Source: Deltaproteobacteria bacterium (lineage in GTDB: Bacteria > Myxococcota > JACRCW01). From it: a stretch of 64,000 nt of DNA. A model generated the notes under the pieces. It ran no database searches. It was given only the letters and a program-made list of their open reading frames with translations, and was not told where the DNA came from. The stretch spans positions 1 through 64,000 of the forward strand of contig JACRCW010000092.1 of the NCBI GenBank assembly GCA_016218805.1, read 5' to 3'. This document shows, piece after piece, positions 18,914-26,532 of the stretch; position 1 is the first letter of the stretch, and every line of letters starts with the position of its first letter. A program made the translations under genes and the position numbers.

Positions 18914-20431
18914 ATGACGACGGACCAAACTGGGATGCTGGCGGACGACCCGCAACGGGCACGCCTGGTGCGGGCAACCGGGCTGCTGTGCTTGGCGTTT
19001 CTGTGGGTGACCACGGCGCGCACGCATGTCTGGGCCGACGCCAGACAGGTCTGCCACGCCGCGGAGAGTCTGCTGGACCACGGGCGACCCGACCTGCCGT
19101 CGCTCGAACGAGGCGACGTCCTCGTCGGTCCCGACGGTCGTTACTACACGCGTTTCCCGCTGGTCATTGTCTTGGGTTGTACGCCGTGGGTAGCCGTCAA
19201 CGGCGCACTCGGTGGCGAAGGGGTGGACGTCGGGTTGCAGGCGCTCGTCCGCGGTTTTGCGCCGGCGGCCCTTGGGGCGACCTCCATCGTCGGCGCGCTT
19301 CGCCTCGCGCTGGTCATGGGTGCCACGACGAGCGGCGCGCTCATCACAGCCGTGGCGCTGATGGGAACGCCTGCGTGGGTCTACGCGCGCACCTACAACG
19401 CCGAGAACGTGTTGATGTGCCTGATGACGTGGCTCGTGCTGGCTTGGACCCTGGCGCGCCGCACCGGGAGCAGGCGCTGGTTCTGGCTGGCGGTCGTGTG
19501 CACGGGACTGTTGCCCCACGCCAAGCTGGTGCTCGCTGCGCTCATGCCGCTGTGCCTGCTGTACTACGGCTGGGGACGGTTTCGGCAGACCTGGCCAGAC
19601 CTGTGGCGGGCCGGCCTGGCGCTGCTGCCATTCGTCGCCGTGATGGCCTGGTACCACGCCATCAGGACGGGGAACCTATCGGCGACCGGATACTCCGCGG
19701 GACCGGAAGCGCAGTTGTGGTTCGACACGCCGCCGTGGCTGGGCGCATACGGGCTGCTGCTCAGCTCGGGAAAAGGGGTCTTTTTCTACGCGCCCTTTGT
19801 GTTGCTTGCCGCGTCCGGTCTGCGTGTGCTGGCCGCGCGCGACCGTGCGCTCGCGGTGCTGCTCGGTGCGGTTGTCGGGTGGGTGTTCATTTCCAGTGCC
19901 ATGTGGTGGGGATGGAGCGGCGGCTGGGCATGGGGGCCCCGCTTCCTGGTTCCATTGCTGCCGGTTCTCTGCGCCGTCTCGGGTCTGTCTCCTCGGGTTG
20001 CGTCCTCGCCACGCGCCTGCTGGGCACTGGTCGCGGCCGGCTACCTCGTCCAACTGGGCGGCGTGCTGGTGAATGCCACGGACTACCTGGAACTGCTGTA
20101 CCGGCACGTCCCCATGATGGGAAAACACGGCGAACACATGCTCAACGCTGAGGCGCCCGCGAACTTCTTTCCCGCGCTCAGTCCGATCATTGGCCACTGG
20201 TGGCTTGCGGTGCTGATGCTGGCGGGCCCGATCTTCTCGCCGGAGTTCCCGGCATGCCGGCTTGGCATGTGCCACATCCGCGTGCCTGACGACATCGCGT
20301 TCTTCCTGCCAGATGTCTGGCCAGCAGCCTCCGCGCCATCGATGGTCGCGCTGCTGCTGCTGGGCGCGGTGGTAGCGGCCGCGGCCCTCCGGCTCAGGCG
20401 TCTTGAGCGCACCGATCCCCCTTCGCAATGA
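18914..20431 (+). CDS. Putative GT-C-type (phospholipid-carrier-dependent) membrane glycosyltransferase
   Basis: Many TM helices; G.DGRYY, T.AWVYAR...E, GLLLS.GKG.F.YAP and W.GGWAWGPRFLVP motifs. Start is uncertain. Confidence 0.65.
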   Translation: MTTDQTGMLADDPQRARLVRATGLLCLAFLWVTTARTHVWADARQVCHAAESLLDHGRPDLPSLERGDVLVGPDGRYYTRFPLVIVLGCTPWVAVNGALGGEGVDVGLQALVRGFAPAALGATSIVGALRLALVMGATTSGALITAVALMGTPAWVYARTYNAENVLMCLMTWLVLAWTLARRTGSRRWFWLAVVCTGLLPHAKLVLAALMPLCLLYYGWGRFRQTWPDLWRAGLALLPFVAVMAWYHAIRTGNLSATGYSAGPEAQLWFDTPPWLGAYGLLLSSGKGVFFYAPFVLLAASGLRVLAARDRALAVLLGAVVGWVFISSAMWWGWSGGWAWGPRFLVPLLPVLCAVSGLSPRVASSPRACWALVAAGYLVQLGGVLVNATDYLELLYRHVPMMGKHGEHMLNAEAPANFFPALSPIIGHWWLAVLMLAGPIFSPEFPACRLGMCHIRVPDDIAFFLPDVWPAASAPSMVALLLLGAVVAAAALRLRRLERTDPPSQ

Positions 20432-20540
20432 GGCTGCAGTGATTGAGGCCATGTGATGGACCGGGCACAGGGCTCCGCACCGCCGTCGGCGAGAGTTGGT
20501 TGCGCCGAACCCGGCCCCGCGTGCCGCGTGTTGCGTACGT

Positions 20541-20568
20541 GCGGCGCCCGGCTCACGGAACCACACGC
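20541..20568 (+). repeat. 28-bp direct repeat, copy 2 (right of the GT-C gene)
   Basis: GCGGCGCCCGGCTCACGGAACCACACGC. Confidence 0.85.
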
Positions 20569-20696
20569 AACCCCCGTCAGGAATCACCGGGTCCCGCCTG
20601 CCACAAGTGACGTCGGCGCCCGGCCACACGCCCGCGGCGACCCCGTGATTGTCACCGCCCCCCCGCTCCCCTACATCCCTGCGCGAGGACCCCCGC

Positions 20697-22748
20697 ATGA
20701 ACGACAACCCGCTCCTGGACCTGTCCGGCCTGCCGCCGTTTCACCTTGTCACGCCGGCGCACGTGGAGCCCGCCATCCGGGAACTGGTGCGCCGCGCGGA
20801 TGACGGCCTGACCGCGCTGGAGAAGCACGCGCCGCCAACGTGGGACACCGTGGAGCGGCTCATGGACCTGCACGAACCGTTGGGAAACGCGTGGGGCCTG
20901 GTGAACCACCTGATGGGCGTGCGCAACAGCCCGGAGTTGCGCACGGCGCACCAGGCCGTGCAGCCGGACGTGGTGATGTGTTTCATGCGCGCGTCCCAGA
21001 GCGAGCCGCTGTTCAAGGCGCTGCAGGGCCTGCGCGGATCCCCGGAGTGGGCCACGCTGGACGGAGCGCAGCAACGCGCGGTGGACAAGCGGATCCTGGA
21101 CGCAAGATTGAGCGGCATGGCGCTGCCCGCGGCGCAGCGGGACCGGTTCAACGCCATTGAGCAGGAACTCAGTGACCTGGAGACGCAGTTTGCCAACCAC
21201 GTGTTGGACGCCACCAAGGCGTGGGCGCTCACCCTCACCCGCCCCGACGAGATTGACGGCCTGCCGCAGAGCCTCCTGGCACTGGCCGCCGGTGCGGCGC
21301 GCTCCGCGGGTGACCCGGCGGCCACGCCGGAGCGCGGACCGTGGCGCATCACGCTGGACGCACCGTCGGTGAGTCCGTTCCTGCGCCACGCGCGCCGCCG
21401 GGACCTGCGCGAGCGGGTGTACCGCGCGTACGTCACCCGCGCGTCCGACGGGCCGCTGGACAACGGGCCGCTCATTGACCGCTTGTTGGCGCTGCGGCTG
21501 GAGAAGGCGAAACTGCTTGATTTCAATACTTACGCGGAGCTGTCCCTGGCCACCAAGATGGCGCCCGGCGTGGATGCGGTGTGGAAACTGCTGGAGGACC
21601 TACGCGAAAAGAGCATGGACGCGGCGCGCAAGGACCTGGATGAACTGGTGGCCCTCAACGGTGGCCAGGCGCTGGCCCTGTGGGACGTGGACTTCCTCTC
21701 CGAACGGCTGCGCGAGTCCCGCTTCAACTACACCGAGGAGGAACTGCGGCCCTATTTCCCGCTGCCGCGCGCGCTGGAGGGATTGTTTGCATTGGCCGGG
21801 CGGTTGTTCGGCGTGACGGTATCCCGCGCGGACGGTGAAGCCCCCACGTGGCACCCTGACGTCATGTTCTTCCGCGTGACGGCGCGGGACGGCGCACCGG
21901 TGGCGGCGTTCTACCTGGACCCGTACTCCCGCCCCGCGGACAAGCGCGGCGGCGCTTGGGCGGATGAATGTGTGGCCCGCCGCCGGCGCCGTGGCGGAGC
22001 CGGCGCGCGGATGCCGGTCTCCTACCTGTGCTGCAACCAGACGCCCCCCGTGGACGGGAAGCCGTCGCTGATGACCTTCCGCGAAGTGGAGACGTTGTTC
22101 CACGAGTTTGGCCACGGCCTGCAGCATATGCTGACGCGCGTGGACGTTTCTGATGTGTCCGGCATCCGCGGCATCGAGTGGGACGCGGTGGAACTGCCCA
22201 GCCAGTTCATGGAAAACTGGTGCTATCACCGCGAAACGCTGTTGGGGCTGAGCCGCCACGTGGACACCGGCGCGCCGCTGCCGGATGCGCTGTTTGAGAA
22301 GATCAAGGCGGCGCGCACCTTCCGGTCCGGCAGCATGATGCTGCGGCAGCTGTACTTTGGAATGGTGGACTTTGAGCTGCACCACCGCCACGTGCCGGGT
22401 TCTGCCCCGGTGCTGGACGTGCAGCGGCGCGTGGCGGCGCGCACCACCGTGATTCCGCCGTTGCCGGAGGACCGGTTCCTCAACGGGTTCACGCACATCT
22501 TCGCGGGCGGGTACGCGGCGGGTTACTACGGCTACAAGTGGGCTGAAGTGTTGAGCGCAGATGCGTTTGGCGCGTTTGAAGAAGCGGGGCTGGGTGACGC
22601 CGCGGCGGTCACCGCGGTGGGCGCGCGCTTCCGCGACACCGTGCTGGCCCTGGGCGGCAGCGTGCATCCCAGCGACGTGTTCCGCCGTTTCCGCGGCCGG
22701 GACCCGGAGCCCACCGCGCTGCTGCGCCACGCGGGCCTGGCGGCGTAG
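20697..22748 (+). CDS. prlC: Oligopeptidase A (M3A metallopeptidase)
   Basis: MNDNPLL, KRGGAW, TLFHEFGHGL, WDAVELPSQFMENW, HIFAGGYAAGYY.YKWAEVLSADAF. Confidence 0.93.
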   Translation: MNDNPLLDLSGLPPFHLVTPAHVEPAIRELVRRADDGLTALEKHAPPTWDTVERLMDLHEPLGNAWGLVNHLMGVRNSPELRTAHQAVQPDVVMCFMRASQSEPLFKALQGLRGSPEWATLDGAQQRAVDKRILDARLSGMALPAAQRDRFNAIEQELSDLETQFANHVLDATKAWALTLTRPDEIDGLPQSLLALAAGAARSAGDPAATPERGPWRITLDAPSVSPFLRHARRRDLRERVYRAYVTRASDGPLDNGPLIDRLLALRLEKAKLLDFNTYAELSLATKMAPGVDAVWKLLEDLREKSMDAARKDLDELVALNGGQALALWDVDFLSERLRESRFNYTEEELRPYFPLPRALEGLFALAGRLFGVTVSRADGEAPTWHPDVMFFRVTARDGAPVAAFYLDPYSRPADKRGGAWADECVARRRRRGGAGARMPVSYLCCNQTPPVDGKPSLMTFREVETLFHEFGHGLQHMLTRVDVSDVSGIRGIEWDAVELPSQFMENWCYHRETLLGLSRHVDTGAPLPDALFEKIKAARTFRSGSMMLRQLYFGMVDFELHHRHVPGSAPVLDVQRRVAARTTVIPPLPEDRFLNGFTHIFAGGYAAGYYGYKWAEVLSADAFGAFEEAGLGDAAAVTAVGARFRDTVLALGGSVHPSDVFRRFRGRDPEPTALLRHAGLAA

Positions 22749-22760
22749 GAGCGGACCGGC

Positions 22761-23390
22761 ATGCGTTTGGGTGTCCAACGCCGTCACATCTACCTGGCCC
22801 CGCCGGAAGGGCTGGACCGTTACTGGTTTGTCCAGCAATTCAACCGTAATGACATCTACCCCATGTTCGGGTTTCCGGAACCCGCGGGCATGCAGATGGC
22901 CGCGCGCCTCGCGGACGGCGAACTGGTCGTCGGAATGATCCGGCTGGTGGCCAACCGCGCGCGGATCGGTTTTGTGCTGATGTTTCCGCCGGGGGGAGAC
23001 GTGGAATTCTGGGAATTCGGCTACGCCATCACGTCTCCCAAGTACCGGGACGCCTACGCCGCCATCAACGCCATGGATGCCATGGCGCATTACATGTTTG
23101 ACCACGTCAAGGTGCCGCTGTGCGGCGGCCGCACGCGTGACGACAACGCAGCCGCCGAAGCCATTCCGCGGCGGCTGGGATACCGGCAGATCCGTACCGC
23201 TGAACACGGCGGGCACACCTATCGCATCTACACGCTGGACCCGGCCGGCTGGGCGCGGCGCAAGGCGCGCCTGGAATCCGGGGAATTGATGCGCCCTTCA
23301 GCGGGCGGGGCCGCGCTGGTGGTCCTCCCCGCTCCGCCGTTCCACCCCGTGCTGCAACCGCCGCCCGCGGGCGGAGCGGAGAGTCCATGA
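22761..23390 (+). CDS. GNAT family N-acetyltransferase (RimJ/RimL-like)
   Basis: EFGYAI..PKYR and N.AAEAI..RLGY motifs; ATGA coupling to the next gene. Confidence 0.65.
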   Translation: MRLGVQRRHIYLAPPEGLDRYWFVQQFNRNDIYPMFGFPEPAGMQMAARLADGELVVGMIRLVANRARIGFVLMFPPGGDVEFWEFGYAITSPKYRDAYAAINAMDAMAHYMFDHVKVPLCGGRTRDDNAAAEAIPRRLGYRQIRTAEHGGHTYRIYTLDPAGWARRKARLESGELMRPSAGGAALVVLPAPPFHPVLQPPPAGGAESP

Positions 23391-24376
23391 GCAAGACGTT
23401 TGACCTGCTCAACATGCGCCCCAGCGGCATTCCCAACATGGAAGGCCTGTTTGGCAAGGCGCACAGCCACAACTGGGACATTGACCGCGACGTGGACTGG
23501 AGCCGCGGCATCCAGCCGGACGACCCGGTGATGGGCCCGCGGTGGGCGCCGTACTCCCTCACGCCCACGTTCCGGAAGCTGCCGCTGCGCGCGCGCAACC
23601 ACTTCACCCGCCGGTCGTTCTCGTTCACGCTCAACAGCCTGCGCCTGGGTGAGGCGGTGGCGGAAGAGGTGTGTTTCCGCGTGGGCTTGAAGTCCCGCCA
23701 CCCGGACCAGAAGAGCCACGCTGCGGCACAGGCCATGGATGAGGCGCGCCATTACACCGCCTATTCGCGCATCCTGGAGATGCTCAATGAACAACCCGAG
23801 GAAATAGAAAAGCACACGCGCACCACGTTTGACACCGTGTTGGCGCTGGACAGCGTGCATGACCTCATTGCGTGGGAAATGTTCTACCTGGAGAGCCTGG
23901 CCACCAACGTGTTGCGGCTTATTGGCCAGCACGCGCGGCACCCGGTGGTAAAGCGCGTGTTTCGCCTGAGCACGCGGGATGAGAGCCGGCACATGGGGTT
24001 CGGCATCCTGTACGTGCAGGACTGGCTGGGGCGCTGCAACTTTGACGAGCAGGTGGAATTCGCCGGGACGTGGCTGAACCAGATTCTCACGCTGAGCTTT
24101 GGGCAACAGGATCCCACCTCACTCAACCGCACCACGCGCTGGCTGTATGAAGCGGACGTGGCCAACAGCCTGGAACTGGCCACTGCCATGTTGCGCGAGC
24201 AGCAGGTGGTGCTGCAGCGGGACTTTGAGGACGCGGCGGCGGGAACGCGCGTGCCGCAGGAACTGAAGAGCGCGCGGCGCGCGGGCCTGCTGCGGCCGGA
24301 CCTGCTGGAGGCGCTGCGCCTGCAGGCGCACCCGCTGGTGCGCGGGGCCCTGGCGGCGTCAGAAAAGGATGACTGA
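23387..24376 (+). CDS. Ferritin-like diiron protein (AurF / N-oxygenase-like)
   Basis: WDIDRDVDW; GE...DEARH and E...DESRH diiron motifs. Confidence 0.8.
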   Translation: MSKTFDLLNMRPSGIPNMEGLFGKAHSHNWDIDRDVDWSRGIQPDDPVMGPRWAPYSLTPTFRKLPLRARNHFTRRSFSFTLNSLRLGEAVAEEVCFRVGLKSRHPDQKSHAAAQAMDEARHYTAYSRILEMLNEQPEEIEKHTRTTFDTVLALDSVHDLIAWEMFYLESLATNVLRLIGQHARHPVVKRVFRLSTRDESRHMGFGILYVQDWLGRCNFDEQVEFAGTWLNQILTLSFGQQDPTSLNRTTRWLYEADVANSLELATAMLREQQVVLQRDFEDAAAGTRVPQELKSARRAGLLRPDLLEALRLQAHPLVRGALAASEKDD

Positions 24377-25295
24377 GGCCCACGTGGTGAAACCCCTGGG
24401 CAACGGGCCCGCCCTTCGCCTGACGCCGGCGCATCCCGGCGCGGCGCTCCCCGTGGACGGCGTGGAAGAACTGCTGGACCGGCACGGCGCGCTGTTCCTG
24501 CAGGGATACGGTGCCGGGGCGGACGCGGCGGCAGCCTGGGCGCGGCGGTTTGTGCGCAGGGCGCTGCGGACGCCCTTTGAACGCGTTTCCCACGCTATCC
24601 ACCGGGACCTCCAGACCGCCACCAAGGGAACAATAGCGCAGGATTTCCACGCGGAGTTCTCGCACCTGCCCCACTGCGTCACCCGCATGGTCTTCTGGTG
24701 TGACGTGCCCGGCAACCCGAACCATATCGTCGACGGGGCCCGCCTGGTGGAGGCGCTGTCCGCGGACGTGCGCCGCACCCTGTCCGGCACGCTCCTGCGC
24801 TTCACCGCGCTGCACACCGCGGCCATGTGGCACGCCTTCACCGGCGTGTCAGATCGCGAATCACTGGAAACGTTGGCCCGGGACATTCCCGGTTATTCCT
24901 TCACGTTCCTGCCGGAGGGCGGCCTGCTCACGCACTACCTGGTGCCGGCCATCCACCCGCACCCGGTGGCCGGGCCGGTCCTGTGCAACAACATGATTCC
25001 CGGCGCGTACTCCGGCCTGTGGGTGACGCATGCTGATGGCCGCCCGCTTGCTGACGACGTCATCCGTGCCGTCCGCGACACCGCGCACGCGCTGGCCGCA
25101 CCCATCCGGTGGCAGGCCGGGGATATCCTGGTGCTGGACAATACGCGCGTCATGCACGCGCGCGACGCGCAACCCGCGCACCGGCGCTTGTACTTGGTGC
25201 AGGGCTGGCATGAAGCGGGTGGAGACGCTTTGCCGGCGGGGAGCAACGCGCTAAACGGGAACCATGGCACATCCTCCGTCGTCGTCGTCCGCTGA
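24369..25295 (+). CDS. TauD/TfdA family Fe(II)/2-oxoglutarate dioxygenase
   Basis: HGALFLQG, FHAE (HxE), MVFWC and WQAGDILVLDNTRVMHAR. Confidence 0.82.
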   Translation: MTEAHVVKPLGNGPALRLTPAHPGAALPVDGVEELLDRHGALFLQGYGAGADAAAAWARRFVRRALRTPFERVSHAIHRDLQTATKGTIAQDFHAEFSHLPHCVTRMVFWCDVPGNPNHIVDGARLVEALSADVRRTLSGTLLRFTALHTAAMWHAFTGVSDRESLETLARDIPGYSFTFLPEGGLLTHYLVPAIHPHPVAGPVLCNNMIPGAYSGLWVTHADGRPLADDVIRAVRDTAHALAAPIRWQAGDILVLDNTRVMHARDAQPAHRRLYLVQGWHEAGGDALPAGSNALNGNHGTSSVVVVR

Positions 25296-25746
25296 GGTCA
25301 TCACCCACCCGCTGGTGGACTACTGCCTGCGCCGGCTGCAGCCGGGAACCCCATCGGGTGAGCCCTACCAGCTCGCCCCTGCGTCGTTGAGCTGGGTGTC
25401 GGACACGCTGAAGGTCATTGCGGGACGTGACCTGGGGATCGCGGCCCGGGAGTTGCTCGTGCTCGCCTACCAGCTTGACACGCACTTCAAGTGCCCAACC
25501 GCGGCGGACGTGGTCCTGGGGCTGCTGGTTGAACAGAAGCCGCGGCTGGCGGCGCTGACGGAGGGCGGCGGTGACCTGGTCAGTGCCCTGGAAAGCAAGT
25601 CGCGTCGCGCGCAGCTCGCCAGCGTCGTGGGAAGCACGGTGAGTTCGCTGCCGGTGGCCAGCGGACCGGCGCCGCAGGGAAGCGTGAAGGGCGGGCCGTT
25701 TGCCAGGTTTTCCGCGGGCAGCACGCTGGAGAAACCAAAGAAATGA
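25264..25746 (+). CDS. Hypothetical protein
   Basis: 160-aa ORF with GC3-biased codons continuing the operon. Confidence 0.6.
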   Translation: MAHPPSSSSAEVITHPLVDYCLRRLQPGTPSGEPYQLAPASLSWVSDTLKVIAGRDLGIAARELLVLAYQLDTHFKCPTAADVVLGLLVEQKPRLAALTEGGGDLVSALESKSRRAQLASVVGSTVSSLPVASGPAPQGSVKGGPFARFSAGSTLEKPKK

Positions 25747-25758
25747 AATCGCGGGGAC

Positions 25759-26121
25759 CTACTGGTTGCCCTTGTTGGGCATCTCGAAGTCAACCTTCCG
25801 GTAGGCGCGCCACCCCTCCTCGGAGATGTCACCCGCGCGCAACGGCAGGGCGTCCTGCACCACCCTCCCGTTCCCAAGCACCGTGCTGATCTCCGGGTCA
25901 CACGTGAAGAACCGGGATGCCCAGCCCTGCTTCATGACGTCCGCGAGGAACGGCCGGGTGTTCTGCACCCAGTTGGCCATCACTTCCCGGTCCGGCCGGG
26001 TCAGCGAAGCCAACTCCTTGCGGAGCGACGCGACGGTGTCCAGCGTGATGAAACTGTTGTTGGTCGCGCTCGCGACGTTCTGAGCAAATTGCGCGCGAAC
26101 TGGGCTCATGGTGATGGACAT
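25759..26121 (-). CDS. Hypothetical protein
   Basis: RBS GGAGGAG before ATG 26121; coding-like composition; convergent with the previous gene. Confidence 0.65.
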   Translation of the reverse strand: MSITMSPVRAQFAQNVASATNNSFITLDTVASLRKELASLTRPDREVMANWVQNTRPFLADVMKQGWASRFFTCDPEISTVLGNGRVVQDALPLRAGDISEEGWRAYRKVDFEMPNKGNQ

Positions 26122-26358
26122 GCGGCTCTCCTCCGGCGCGGCTGCGCCCCCAATGCATGCCAATGACTACCCGCTCCTGCGCGCGTCGTCAAAAGGCAGC
26201 CTTGTTGCGCAATTTCCGTCGTGGCCGGTCAGCGGTGCTCCACGGCACCCTGCCCTGCGTGACGACGCTGGTTCCGTCGCGGTTCAGGCATCCCGGGAAT
26301 AGCCAGTGGGCGTCACGCGCATTGATGGGTGAACCCGGGCCGTGCCAAGACCGCGCTC

Positions 26359-26529
26359 ATGGACGTGCAGCGCCTACGCATCTTCGTCAGTGTTGTGGAT
26401 GCCGGCTCATTGAGGGCCACGGCGCCGTGCGCCATACCCCGGCGGCCGCCGGCAACGTCACCTCTGCCTGCGGCTTGCCCTCGGCCGCGCCGGCGCATGA
26501 CCAACCGGCCGGCTCGCGCTATCGGGTGA
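26359..26529 (+). pseudogene. Truncated LysR-family regulator (HTH N-terminus only)
   Basis: MDVQRLRIFVSVVDAGSLRATA matches the LysR start; the similarity then ends. Confidence 0.6.
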
Positions 26530-26532
26530 GCC

